From Yuukianura sp. NJ FZ-2021 (taxonomy: Eukaryota): 64,000 nucleotides of DNA. The notes below the pieces were generated by a model that was not told where the DNA came from, did not search any database, and worked only from the letters and a program-made list of their open reading frames with translations. Where the stretch lies: contig CM102286.1 in assembly GCA_046563655.1 (NCBI GenBank), positions 9,548,001-9,612,000 of the forward strand. The letters run 5' to 3'. The position numbers and the translations under genes are program-made. Of the stretch, positions 1 to 15,000 are shown piece after piece (position 1 is the first letter of the stretch; the number at the start of each line of letters is the position of its first letter).

Positions 1-3000
1 GACATTCTATGCTGGATTCCATTTTCTAAGGTAAAGACGTGTCTCCATACGCTCAAGTAAAATACTTGAAGCTCACGTCACACTTACTAAAGGGATGTTA
101 AAGCAGTGTGACAGGAAAAAAAGATGAGGTCACCAAGAAACCCAGCATTGAAAGTGGCTGTATATTCGAATTGACATTGAAGTTGATGTTCTTCGTACAC
201 GGGTTTGTGGGCGTCGAAAGACATTCTATGCTGGATTCCATTTTCTAAGGTTAAGACGTGTCTCCATACGCTCAAGTAAAATGCTTGGAGTTCACGTCAC
301 ACTTACTAAAGGGATGTTAAAGCAGTGTGACAAGTAAGAAAGGTGATTTCACCAAGAAACCCAGAATTGAAAGTGGCTGTATATTCCAATTGACATTGAA
401 GTTGATGTTCTTCGTACACGGGTTTGTGGGCGTCGAAAGACATTCTATGCTGGATTCCATTTTCTAAGGTTAAGACGTGTCTCCATACGCTCAAGTAAAA
501 TGCTTGAAGTTCACGTCACACTTACTAAAGGGATGTTAAAGCAGTGTGACAAGTAAAAAAAGATGATTTCACCAAGAACGCCGGCACTGAAAGTGGTTAT
601 ATATTCGAATTGACCTTGAAGTTGATATTCTTCGTACACGGATTCGTGGGCGTCGAAAGACATTCTATGCTGGATTCCATTTTCTAAGGTTAAGACGTGT
701 CTCCATACGCTCAAGTAAAATAGTAAAATGCTTGAAGTTCACGTCACACTTACTAAAGGGATGTTAAAGCAGTGTGACAAGTAAAAAAAGTTGATTTCAC
801 CAAGAACGCCGCCACTGAAAGTGGCTGTATATTCGAATTGACCTTGAAGTTGATATTCTTCGTACACGGGTTTGTGGGCGTCGAAAGACATTCTATGCTG
901 GATTCCATTTTCTAAGGTTAAGACGTGTCTCCATACGCTCAAGTAAAATAGTAAAATGCTTGAAGTTCACGTCACACTTACTAAAGGGATGTTAAAGCAG
1001 TGTGACAAGTAAAAAAGATGAGGTCACCAAGAACGCCGGCACTGAAAGTGGTTATATATTCGAATTGACCTTGAAGTTGATATTCTTCGTACACGGATTT
1101 GTGGGCGTCGAAAGACATTCTATGCTGGATTCCATTTTCTAAGGTTAAGACGTGTCTCCATACGCTCAAGTAAAATGCTTGAAGTTCACGTCACACTTAC
1201 TAAAGGGATGTTAAAGCAGTGTGACAAGTAAAAAAAGATGATTTCACCAAGAACGCCGGCACTGAAAGTGGTTATATATTCGAATTGACCTTGAAGTTGA
1301 TATTCTTCGTACACGGATTTGTGGGCGTCGAAAGACATTCTATGCTGGATTCCATTTTCTAAGGTTAAGACGTGTCTCCATACGCTCAAGTAAAATGCTT
1401 GGAGTTCACGTCACACTTACTAAAGGGATGTTAAAGCAGTGTGACAAGTAAAAAAAGATGATTTCACCAAGAACGCCGGCACTGAAAGTGGTTATATATT
1501 CGAATTGACCTTGAAGTTGATATTCTTCGTACACGGATTCGTGGGCGTCGAAAGACATTCTATGCTGGATTCCATTTTCTAAGGTTAAGACGTGTCTCCA
1601 TACGCTCAAGTAAAATAGTAAAATGCTTGAAGTTCACGTCACACTTACTAAAGGGATGTTAAAGCAGTGTGACAAGTAAAAAAAGATGATTTCACCAAGA
1701 ACGCCGGCACTGAAAGTGGTTATATATTCGAATTGACCTTGAAGTTGATATTCTTCGTACACGGATTCGTGGGCGTCGAAAGACATTCTATGCTGGATTC
1801 CATTTTCTAAGGTTAAGACGTGTCTCCATACGCTCAAGTAAAATAGTAAAATGCTTGAAGTTCACGTCACACTTACTAAAGGGATGTTAAAGCAGTGTGA
1901 CAAGTAAAAAAAGATGATTTCACGAAGAACGCCGGCACTGAAAGTGGTTATATATTCGAATTGACCTTGAAGTTGATATTCTTCGTACACGGATTCGTGG
2001 GCGTCGAAAGACATTCTATGCTGGATTCCATTTTCTAAGGTTAAGACGTGTCTCCATACGCTCAAGTAAAATAGTAAAATGCTTGAAGTTCACGTCACAC
2101 TTACTAAAGGGATGTTAAAGCAGTGTGACAAGTAAAAAAAGTTGATTTCACCAAGAACGCCGCCACTGAAAGTGGCTGTATATTCGAATTGACCTTGAAG
2201 TTGATATTCTTCGTACACGGATTTGTGGGCGTCGAAAGACATTCTATGCTGGATTCCATTTTCTAAGGTTAAGACGTGTCTCCATACGCTCAAGTAAAAT
2301 GCTTGGAGTTCACGTCACACTTACTAAAGGGATGTTAAAGCAGTGTGACAAGTAAGAAAGGTGATTTCACCAAGAACGCCGCCACTGAAAGTGGCTGTAT
2401 ATTCGAATTGACCTTGAAGTTGATATTCTTCGTACACGGATTTGTGGGCGTCGAAAGACATTCTATGCTGGATTCCATTTTCTAAGGTTAAGACGTGTCT
2501 CCATACGCTCAAGTAAAATAGTAAAATGCTTGAAGTTCACGTCACACTTACTAAAGGGATGTTAAAGCAGTGTGACAAGTAAAAAAAGATGATTTCACCA
2601 AGAACGCCGGCACTGAAAGTGGTTATATATTCGAATTGACCTTGAAGTTGATATTCTTCGTACACGGATTCGTGGGCGTCGAAAGACATTCTATGCTGGA
2701 TTCCATTTTCTAAGGTTAAGACGTGTCTCCATACGCTCAAGTAAAATGCTTGAAGTTCACGTCACACTTACTAAAGGGATGTTAAAGCAGTGTGACAAGT
2801 AAAAAAGTTGATTTCACCAAGAAACCCAGCATTGAAAGTGGCTGTATATTCCAATTGACATTGAAGTTGATGTTCTTCGTACACGGGTTTGTGGGCGTCG
2901 AAAGACATTCTATGCTGGATTCCATTTTCTAAGGTTAAGACGTGTCTCCATACGCTCAAGTAAAATGCTTGAAGTTCACGTCACACTTACTAAAGGGATG

Positions 3001-6000
3001 TTAAAGCAGTGTGACAAGTAAAAAAAGATGATTTCGCCAAGAAACCCAGCATTGAAAGTGGCTGTATATTCGCATTGACTTTGATGTTGATATTCTTCGT
3101 ACACGGATTTGTGGGCGTCGAAAGACATTCTATGCTGGATTCCATTTTCTAAGGTTAAGACGTGTCTCCATACGATCAAGTAAAATGCTTGGAGTTCACG
3201 TCACACTTACTAAAGGGATGTTAAAGCAGTGTGACAAGTAAGAAAGGTGATTTCACCAAGAACGCCGGCACTGAAAGTGGTTATATATTCGAATTGACCT
3301 TGAAGTTGATATTCTTCGTACACGGATTCGTGGGCGTCGAAAGACATTCTATGCTGGATTCCATTTTCTAAGGTTAAGACGTGTCTCCATACGCTCAAGT
3401 AAAATACTCGAAGCTCACGTCACACTTACTAAAGGGATGTTGAAGCAGTGTGACAAGTAAAAAAAGTTGATTTCACCAAGAACGCCGCCACTGAAAGTGG
3501 ATGTATATTCGAATTGACCTTGAAGTTGATATTCTTCGTACACGGATTTGTGGGCGTCGAAAGACATTCTATGCTGGATTCCATTTTCTAAGGTTAAGAC
3601 GTGTCTCCATACGCTCAAGTAAAATGCTTGGAGTTCACGTCACACTTACTAAAGGGATGTTAAAGCAGTGTGACAAGTAAGAAAGGTGATTTCACCAAGA
3701 ACGCCGGCACTGAAAGTGGTTATATATTCGAATTGACCTTGAAGTTGATATTCTTCGTACACGGATTCGTGGGCGTCGAAAGACATTCTATGCTGGATTC
3801 CATTTTCTAAGGTTAAGACGTGTCTCCATACGCTCAAGTAAAATAGTAAAATGCTTGAAGTTCACGTCACACTTACTAAAGGGATGTTAAAGCAGTGTGA
3901 CAAGTAAAAAAAGATGATTTCACCAAGAACGCCGGCACTGAAAGTGGCTGTATATTCCAATTGACATTGAAGTTGATGTTCTTCGTACACGGGTTAGTGG
4001 GCGTCGAAAGACATTCTATGCTGGATTCCATTTTCTAAGGTTAAGACGTGTCTCCATACGCTCAAGTAAAATGCTTGAAGTTCACGTCACACTTACTAAA
4101 GGGATGTTAAAGCAGTGTGACAAGAAAAAAAGATGATTTCACCAAGAAACCCAGAATTGAAAGTGGCTGTATATTCCAATTGACATTGAAGTTGATGTTC
4201 TTCGTACACGGGTTTGTGGGCGTCGAAAGACATTCTATGCTGGATTCCATTTTCTAAGGTTAAGACGTGTCTCCATACGCTCAAGTAAAATGCTTGAAGT
4301 TCACGTCACACTTACTAAAGGGATGTTAAAGCAGTGTGACAAGTAAAAAAAGATGATTTCGCCAAGAAACCCAGCATTGAAAGTGGCTGTATATTCGCAT
4401 TGACTTTGATGTTGATATTCTTCGTACACGGATTTGTGGGCGTCGAAAGACATTCTATGCTGGATTCCATTTTCTAAGGTTAAGACGTGTCTCCATACGA
4501 TCAAGTAAAATGCTTGGAGTTCACGTCACACTTACTAAAGGGATGTTAAAGCAGTGTGACAAGTAAGAAAGGTGATTTCACCAAGAACGCCGGCACTGAA
4601 AGTGGTTATATATTCGAATTGACCTTGAAGTTGATATTCTTCGTACACGGATTCGTGGGCGTCGAAAGACATTCTATGCTGGATTCCATTTTCTAAGGTT
4701 AAGACGTGTCTCCATACGCTCAAGTAAAATAGTAAAATGCTTGAAGTTCACGTCACACTTACTAAAGGGATGTTAAAGCAGTGTGACAAGTAAAAAAAGA
4801 TGATTTCACCTAGAACACCGCCACTGAAAGTGGCTGTATATTCCAATTGACATTGAAGTTGATGTTCTTCGTACACGGGTTTGTGGGCGTCGAAAGACAT
4901 TCTATGCTGGATTCCATTTTCTAAGGTTAAGACGTGTCTCCATACGCTCAAGTAAAATACTCGAAGCTCACGTCACACTTACTAAAGGGATGTTAAAGCA
5001 GTGTGACAAGTAAGAAAGGTGATTTCACCAAGAACGCCGCCACTGAAAGTGGCTGTATATTCGAATTGACCTTGAAGTTGATATTCTTCGTACACGGATT
5101 TGTGGGCGTCGAAAGACATTCTATGCTGGATTCCATTTTCTAAGGTTAAGACGTGTCTCCATACGCTCAAGTAAAATGCTTGGAGTTCACGTCACACTTA
5201 CTAAAGGGATGTTAAAGCAGTGTGACAAGTAAAAAAAGATGATTTCACCAAGAACGCCGGTACTGAAAGTGGTTATATATTCGAATTGACCTTGAAGTTG
5301 ATATTCTTCGTACACGGCTTCGTGGGCGTCGAAAGACATTCTATGCTGGATTCCATTTTCTAAGGTTAAGACGTGTCTCCATACGCTCAAGTAAAATGCT
5401 TGAAGTTCACGTCACACTTACTAAAGGGATGTTAAAGCAGTGTGACAAGAAAAAAGATGAGGTCACCAAGAAACCCAGCATTGAAAGTGGCTGTATATTC
5501 GAATTGACTTTGATGTTGATATTCTTCGTACACGGATTTGTGGGCGTCGAAAGACATTCTATGCTGGATTCCATTTTCTAAGGTTAAGACGTGTCTCCAT
5601 ACGATCAAGTAAAATGCTTGGAGTTCACGTCACACTTACTAAAGGGATGTTAAAGCAGTGTGACAAGTAAAAAAAGATGATTTCACCAAGAACGCCGGCA
5701 CCGAAAGTGGTTATGTATTCCAACTGACCTTGAAGTTGATATTCTTCGTACACGGATTCGTGGGCGTCGAAAGACATTCTATGCAGGATTCCATTTTCTA
5801 TGGTTAAGACGTGTCTCCATACGCTCAAGTAAAATGCTTGGAGTTCACGTCACACTTACTAAAGGGATGTTAAAGCAGTGTGACAAGAAAAAAGATGAGG
5901 TCACCAAGAAACCCAGCATTGAAAGTGGCTGTATATTCGCATTGACTTTGATGTTGATATTCTTCGTACACGGATTTGTGGGCGTCGAAAGACATTCTAT

Positions 6001-9000
6001 GCTGGATTCCATTTTCTAAGGTTAAGACGTGTCTCCATACGCTCAAGTAAAATGCTTGGAGTTCACGTCACACTTACTAAAGGGATGTTAAAGCAGTGTG
6101 ACAAGTAAAAAAAGTTGATTTCACCAAGAACACCGCCACTGAAAGTGGCTGTATATTCGAATTGACCTTGAAGTTGATATTCTTCGTACACGGCTTCGTG
6201 GGCGTCGAAAGACATTCTATGCTGGATTCCATTTTCTAAGGTTAAGACGTGTCTCCATACGCTCAAGTAAAATGCTTGAAGTTCACGTCACACTTACTAA
6301 AGGGATGTTAAAGCAGTGTGACAAGAAAAAAGATGAGGTCACCAAGAAACCCAGCATTGAAAGTGGCTGTATATTCGAATTGACTTTGATGTTGATATTC
6401 TTCGTACACGGATTTGTGGGCGTCGAAAGACATTCTATGCTGGATTCCATTTTCTAAGGTTAAGACGTGTCTCCATACGATCAAGTAAAATGCTTGGAGT
6501 TCACGTCACACTTACTAAAGGGATGTTAAAGCAGTGTGACAAGTAAGAAAGGTGATTTCACCAAGAACGCCGGCACTGAAAGTGGTTATATATTCGAATT
6601 GACCTTGAAGTTGATATTCTTCGTACACGGATTTGTGGGCGTCGAAAGACATTCTATGCTGGATTCCATTTTCTAAGGTTAAGACGTGTCTCCATACGCT
6701 CAAGTAAAATGCTTGGAGTTCACGTCACACTTACTAAAGGGATGTTAAAGCAGTGTGACAAGAAAAAAGATGAGGTCACCAAGAAACCCAGCATTGAAAG
6801 TGGCTGTATATTCGAATTGACTTTGATGTTGATATTCTTCGTACACGGATTTGTGGGCGTCGAAAGACATTCTATGCTGGATTCCATTTTCTAAGGTTAA
6901 GACGTGTCTCCATACGATCAAGTAAAATGCTTGGAGTTCACGTCACACTTACTAAAGGGATGTTAAAGCAGTGTGACAAGTAAGAAAGGTGATTTCACCA
7001 AGAACGCCGCCACTGAAAGTGGCTGTATATTCCAATTGACATTGAAGTTGATGTTCTTCGTACACGGGTTTGTGGGCGTCGAAAGACATTCTATGCTGGA
7101 TTCCATTTTCTAAGGTTAAGACGTGTCTCCATACGCTCAAGTAAAATGCTTGGAGTTCACGTCACACTTACTAAAGGGATGTTAAAGCAGTGTGACAAGT
7201 AAGAAAGGTGATTTCACCAAGAACGCCGGCACTGAAAGTGGTTATATATTCGAATTGACCTTGAAGTTGATATTCTTCGTACACGGATTCGTGGGCGTCG
7301 AAAGACATTCTATGCTGGATTCCATTTTCTAAGGTTAAGACGTGTCTCCATACGCTCAAGTAAAATGCTTGGAGTTCACGTCACACTTACTAAAGGGATG
7401 TTAAAGCAGTGTGACAAGAAAAAAGATGAGGTCACCAAGAAACCCAGCATTGAAAGTGGCTGTATATTCGAATTGACTTTGATGTTGATATTCTTCGTAC
7501 ACGGATTTGTGGGCGTCGAAAGACATTCTATGCTGGATTCCATTTTCTAAGGTTAAGACGTGTCTCCATACGATCAAGTAAAATGCTTGGAGTTCACGTC
7601 ACACTTACTAAAGGGATGTTAAAGCAGTGTGACAAGTAAGAAAGGTGATTTCACCAAGAACGCCGGCACTGAAAGTGGTTATATATTCGAATTGACCTTG
7701 AAGTTGATATTCTTCGTACACGGATTCGTGGGCGTCGAAAGACATTCTATGCTGGATTCCATTTTCTAAGGTTAAGACGTGTCTCCATACGCTCAAGTAA
7801 AATGCTTGGAGTTCACGTCACACTTACTAAAGGGATGTTAAAGCAGTGTGACAAGAAAAAAGATGAGGTCACCAAGAAACCCAGCATTGAAAGTGGCTGT
7901 ATATTCGCATTGACTTTGATGTTGATATTCTTCGTACACGGATTTGTGGGCGTCGAAAGACATTCTATGCTGGATTCCATTTTCTAAGGTTAAGACGTGT
8001 CTCCATACGCTCAAGTAAAATGCTTGGAGTTCACGTCACACTTACTAAAGGGATGTTAAAGCAGTGTGACAAGTAAAAAAAGTTGATTTCACCAAGAACA
8101 CCGCCACTGAAGGTGGCTGTATATTCGAATTGACCTTGAAGTTGATATTCTTCGTACACGGATTCGTGGGCGTCGAAAGACATTCTATGCTGGATTCCAT
8201 TTTCTATGGTTAAGACGTGTCTCCATACGCTCAAGTAAAATGCTTGAAGTTCACGTCACACTTACTAAAGGGATGTTAAAGCAGTGTGGCAAGTAAAAAA
8301 AGATGAGGTCACCAAGAAACCCAGCATTGAAAGTGGCTGTATATTCGCATTGACTTTGATGTTGATATTCTTCGTACACGGCTTCGTGGGCGTCGAAAGA
8401 CATTCTATACTGGATTCCATTTTCTAAGGTTAAGACGTGTCTCCATACGCTCAAGTAAAATGCTTGGAGTTCACGTCACACTTACTAAAGGGATGTTAAA
8501 GCAGTGTGACAAGAAAAAAGATGAGGTCACCAAGAAACCCAGCATTGAAAGTGGCTGTATATTCGAATTGACTTTGATGTTGATATTCTTCGTACACGGA
8601 TTTGTGGGCGTCGAAAGACATTCTATGCTGGATTCCATTTTCTAAGGTTAAGACGTGTCTCCATACGATCAAGTAAAATGCTTGGAGTTCACGTCACACT
8701 TACTAAAGGGATGTTAAAGCAGTGTGACAAGAAAAAAGATGAGGTCACCAAGAAACCCAGCATTGAAAGTGGCTGTATATTCGCATTGACTTTGATGTTG
8801 ATATTCTTCGTACACGGATTTGTGGGCGTCGAAAGACATTCTATGCTGGATTCCATTTTCTAAGGTTAAGACGTGTCTCCATACGCTCAAGTAAAATGCT
8901 TGAAGTTCACGTCACACTTACTAAAGGGATGTTAAAGCAGTGTGACAAGTAAAAAAAGATGATTTCACCTAGAACACCGCCACTGAAGGTGGCTGTATAT

Positions 9001-12000
9001 TCGAATTGACCTTGAAGTTGATATTCTTCGTACACGGATTCGTGGGCGTCGAAAGACATTCTATGCTGGATTCCATTTTCTATGGTTAAGACGTGTCTCC
9101 ATACGCTCAAGTAAAATGCTTGGAGTTCACGTCACACTTACTAAAGGGATGTTAAAGCAGTGTGACAAGAAAAAAGATGAGGTCACCAAGAAACCCAGCA
9201 TTGAAAGTGGCTGTATATTCGAATTGACTTTGATGTTGATATTCTTCGTACACGGATTTGTGGGCGTCGAAAGACATTCTATGCTGGATTCCATTTTCTA
9301 AGGTTAAGACGTGTCTCCATACGCTCAAGTAAAATACTTGAAGCTCACGTCACACTTACTAAAGGGATGTTAAAGCAGTGTGACAGGAAAAAAAGATGAG
9401 GTCACCAAGAAACCCAGCATTGAAAGTGGCTGTATATTCGAATTGACCTTGAAGTTGATATTCTTCGTACACGGGTTTGTGGGCGTCGAAAGACATTCTA
9501 TGCTGGATTCCATTTTCTAAGGTTAAGACGTGTCTCCATACGCTCAAGTAAAATGCTTGGAGTTCACGTCACACTTACTAAAGGGATGTTAAAGCAGTAT
9601 GACAAGAAAAAAAGATGAGGTCACCAAGAAACCCAGCATTGAAAGTGGCTGTATATTCGAATTGACTTTGATGTTGATATTCTTCGTACACGGATTTGTG
9701 GGCGTCGAAAGACATTCTATGCTGGATTCCATTTTCTAAGGTTAAGACGTGTCTCCATACGCTCAAGTAAAATGCTTGGAGTTCACGTCACACTTACTAA
9801 AGGGATGTTAAAGCAGTGTGACAAGAAAAAAGATGAGGTCACCAAGAAACCCAGCATTGAAAGTGGCTGTATATTCGAATTGACTTTGATGTTGATATTC
9901 TTTGTACACGGATTTGTGGGCGTCGAAAGACATTCTATGCTGGATTCCATTTTCTAAGGTTAAGACGTGTCTCCATACGCTCAAGTAAAATGCTTGGAGT
10001 TCACGTCACACTTACTAAAGGGATGTTAAAGCAGTGTGACAAGTAAAAAAAGTTGATTTCACCAAGAACGCCGCTACTGAAAGTGGCTGTATATTCGAAT
10101 TGACCTTGAAGTTGATATTCTTCGTACACGGGTTTGTGGGCGTCGAAAGACATTCTATGCTGGATTCCATTTTCTAAGGTTAAGACGTGTCTCCATACGC
10201 TCAAGTAAAATGCTTGGAGTTCACGTCACACTTACTAAAGGGATGTTAAAGCAGTGTGACAAGAAAAAAGATGAGGTCACCAAGAAACCCAGCATTGAAA
10301 GTGGCTGTATATTCGAATTGACTTTGATGTTGATATTCTTCGTACACGGATTTGTGGGCGTCGAAAGACATTCTATGCTGGATTCCATTTTCTAAGGTTA
10401 AGACGTGTCTCCATACGATCAAGTAAAATGCTTGGAGTTCACGTCACACTTACTAAAGGGATGTTAAAGCAGTGTGACAAGTAAGAAAGGTGATTTCACC
10501 AAGAACGCCGGCACTGAAAGTGGTTATATATTCGAATTGACCTTGAAGTTGATATTCTTCGTACACGGATTTGTGGGCGTCGAAAGACATTCTATGCTGG
10601 ATTCCATTTTCTAAGGTTAAGACGTGTCTCCATACGCTCAAGTAAAATGCTTGGAGTTCACGTCACACTTACTAAAGGGATGTTAAAGCAGTGTGACAAG
10701 AAAAAAAGATGAGGTCACCAAGAAACCCAGCATTGAAAGTGGCTGTATATTCGAATTGACTTTGATGTTGATATTCTTCGTACACGGATTTGTGGGCGTC
10801 GAAAGACATTCTATGCTGGATTCCATTTTCTAAGGTTAAGACGTGTCTCCATACGCTCAAGTAAAATGCTTGAAGTTCACGTCACACTTACTAAAGGGAT
10901 GTTAAAGCAGTGTGACAAGTAAAAAAAGATGATTTCACCTAGAACACCGCCACTGAAGGTGGCTGTATATTCGAATTGACCTTGAAGTTGATATTCTTCG
11001 TACACGGATTTGTGGGCGTCGAAAGACATTCTATGCTGGATTCCATTTTCTAAGGTTAAGACGTGTCTCCATACGCTCAAGTAAAATGCTTGGAGTTCAC
11101 GTCACACTTACTAAAGGGATGTTAAAGCAGTGTGACAAGTAAAAAAAGATGATTTCACCAAGAACGCCGGCACTGAAAGTGGTTATATATTCGAATTGAC
11201 CTTGAAGTTGATATTCTTCGTACACGGATTCGTGGGCGTCGAAAGACATTCTATGCTGGATTCCATTTTCTATGGTTAAGACGTGTCTCCATACGCTCAA
11301 GTAAAATGCTTGAAGTTCACGTCACACTTACTAAAGGGATGTTAAAGCAGTGTGACAAGAAAAAAAGATGAGGTCACCAAGAAACCCAGCATTGAAAGTG
11401 GCTGTATATTCGAATTGACCTTGAAGTTGATATTCTTCGTACACGGATTTGTGGGCGTCGAAAGACATTCTATGCTGGATTCCATTTTCTAAGGTTAAGA
11501 CGTGTCTCCATACGCTCAAGTAAAATGCTTGGAGTTCACGTCACACTTACTAAAGGGATGTTAAAGCAGTGTGACAAGTAAGAAAGGTGATTTCACCAAG
11601 AACGCCGCCACTGAAAGTGGATGTATATTCGAATTGACCTTGAAGTTGATATTCTTCGTACACGGATTTGTGGGCGTCGAAAGACATTCTATGCTGGATT
11701 CCATTTTCTAAGGTTAAGACGTGTCTCCATACGCTCAAGTAAAATGCTTGGAGTTCACGTCACACTTACTAAAGGGATGTTAAAGCAGTGTGACAAGTAA
11801 GAAAGGTGATTTCACCAAGAAACCCAGAATTGAAAGTGGCTGTATATTCCAATTGACATTGAAGTTGATGTTCTTCGTACACGGGTTTGTGGGCGTCGAA
11901 AGACATTCTATGCTGGATTCCATTTTCTAAGGTTAAGACGTGTCTCCATACGCTCAAGTAAAATGCTTGGAGTTCACGTCACACTTACTAAAGGGATGTT

Positions 12001-15000
12001 AAAGCAGTGTGACAAGTAAAAAAAGTTGATTTCACCAAGAACGCCGCTACTGAAAGTGGCTGTATATTCGAATTGACCTTGAAGTTGATATTCTTCGTAC
12101 ACGGGTTTGTGGGCGTCGAAAGACATTCTATGCTGGATTCCATTTTCTAAGGTTAAGACGTGTCTCCATACGCTCAAGTAAAATGCTTGGAGTTCACGTC
12201 ACACTTACTAAAGGGATGTTAAAGCAGTGTGACAAGTAAGAAAGGTGATTTCACCAAGAACGCCGGCACTGAAAGTGGTTATATATTCGAATTGACCTTG
12301 AAGTTGATATTCTTCGTACACGGATTTGTGGGCGTCGAAAGACATTCTATGCTGGATTCCATTTTCTATGGTTAAGACGTGTCTCCATACGCTCAAGTAA
12401 AATGCTTGAAGTTCACGTCACACTTACTAAAGGGATGTTAAAGCAGTGTGACAAGAAAAAAAGATGAGGTCACCAAGAAACCCAGCATTGAAAGTGGCTG
12501 TATATTCGCATTGACTTTGATGTTGATATTCTTTGTACACGGATTTGTGGGCGTCGAAAGACATTCTATGCTGGATTCCATTTTCTAAGGTTAAGACGTG
12601 TCTCCATACGCTCAAGTAAAATGCTTGAAGTTCACGTCACACTTACTAAAGGGATGTTAAAGCAGTGTGACAAGTAAAAAAAGTTGATTTCACCAAGAAC
12701 ACCGCCACTGAAAGTGGCTGTATATTCGAATTGACCTTGAAGTTGATATTCTTCGTACACGGCTTCGTGGGCGTCGAAAGACATTCTATGCTGGATTCCA
12801 TTTTCTAAGGTTAAGACGTGTCTCCATACGCTCAAGTAAAATGCTTGAAGTTCACGTCACACTTACTAAAGGGATGTTAAAGCAGTGTGACAAGTAAAAA
12901 AAGATGATTTCACCAAGAACGCCGGCACTGAAAGTGGTTATATATTCGAATTGACCTTGAAGTTGATATTCTTCGTACACGGATTCGTGGGCGTCGAAAG
13001 ACATTCTATGCTGGATTCCATTTTCTAAGGTTAAGACGTGTCTCCATACGCTCAAGTAAAATGCTTGAAGTTCACGTCACACTTACTAAAGGGATGTTAA
13101 AGCAGTGTGACAAGAAAAAAAGATGAGGTCACCAAGAAACCCAGCATTGAAAGTGGCTGTATGTTCGCATTGACTTTGATGTTGATATTCTTTGTACACG
13201 GATTTGTGGGCGTCGAAAGACATTCTATGCTGGATTCCATTTTCTATGGTTAAGACGTGTCTCCATACGCTCAAGTAAAATGCTTGAAGTTCACGTCACA
13301 CTTACTAAAGGGATGTTAAAGCAGTGTGACAAGTAAAAAAAGATGATTTCACCTAGAACACCGCCACTGAAGGTGGCTGTATATTCGAATTGACCTTGAA
13401 GTTGATATTCTTCGTACACGGCTTCGTGGGCGTCGAAAGACATTCTATGCTGGATTCCATTTTCTAAGGTTAAGACGTGTCTCCATACGCTCAAGTAAAA
13501 TGCTTGAAGTTCACGTCACACTTACTAAAGGGATGTTAAAGCAGTGTGACAAGTAAAAAAAGATGATTTCACCAAGAACGCCGGCACTGAAAGTGGTTAT
13601 ATATTCGAATTGACCTTGAAGTTGATATTCTTCGTACACGGATTCGTGGGCGTCGAAAGACATTCTATGCTGGATTCCATTTTCTATGGTTAAGACGTGT
13701 CTCCATACGCTCAAGTAAAATGCTTGAAGTTCACGTCACACTTACTAAAGGGATGTTAAAGCAGTGTGACAAGAAAAAAAGATGAGGTCACCAAGAAACC
13801 CAGCATTGAAAGTGGCTGTATGTTCGCATTGACTTTGATGTTGATATTCTTTGTACACGGATTTGTGGGCGTCGAAAGACATTCTATGCTGGATTCCATT
13901 TTCTATGGTTAAGACGTGTCTCCATACGCTCAAGTAAAATGCTTGAAGTTCACGTCACACTTACTAAAGGGATGTTAAAGCAGTGTGACAAGTAAAAAAA
14001 GATGATTTCACCTAGAACACCGCCACTGAAGGTGGCTGTATATTCGAATTGACCTTGAAGTTGATATTCTTCGTACACGGATTTGTGGGCGTCGAAAGAC
14101 ATTCTATGCTGGATTCCATTTTCTAAGGTTAAGACGTGTCTCCATACGCTCAAGTAAAATGCTTGAAGTTCACGTCACACTTACTAAAGGGATGTTAAAG
14201 CAGTGTGACAAGTAAAAAAAGATGATTTCGCCAAGAACGCCGGCACTGAAAGTGGTTATATATTCGAATTGACCTTGAAGTTGATATTCTTCGTACACGG
14301 ATTCGTGGGCGTCGAAAGACATTCTATGCTGGATTCCATTTTCTATGGTTAAGACGTGTCTCCATACGCTCAAGTAAAATGCTTGAAGTTCACGTCACAC
14401 TTACTAAAGGGATGTTAAAGCAGTGTGACAAGAAAAAAAGATGAGGTCACCAAGAAACCCAGCATTGAAAGTGGCTGTATGTTCGAATTGACTTTGATGT
14501 TGATATTCTTCGTACACGGATTTGTGGGCGTCGAAAGACATTCTATGCTGGATTCCATTTTCTAAGGTTAAGACGTGTCTCCATACGCTCAAGTAAAATG
14601 CTTGGAGTTCACGTCACACTTACTAAAGGGATGTTAAAGCAGTGTGACAAGTAAGAAAGGTGATTTCACCAAGAACGCCGCCACTGAAACTGGCTGTATA
14701 TTCGAATTGACCTTGAAGTTGATATTCTTTGTACACGGATTTGTGGGCGTCGATAGACATTCTATGCTGGATTCCATTTTCTAAGGTTAAGACGTGTCTC
14801 CATACGCTCAAGTAAAATACTTGAAGCTCACGTCACACTTACTAAAGGGATGTTAAAGCAGTGTGACAAGTAAAAAAAGATGATTTCACCAAGAACGCCG
14901 GCACTGAAAGTGGTTATATATTCGAATTGACCTTGAAGTTGATATTCTTCGTACACGGATTCGTGGGCGTCGAAAGACATTCTATGCTGGATTCCATTTT

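Noticed and set aside
1247..1358. Array of 111-nt symmetric minus-strand exons (ENGIQHRMSF...GVL) with ~109-nt introns
   Set aside because: The length is a multiple of 3 and an AG precedes it, but the donors are weak or variable (GTGAAA, GTGACC, GCGAAA), the acceptor lacks a pyrimidine tract, variation is almost all non-synonymous, and at least two units carry TAA. RNA-seq junctions would be needed to revive the idea.
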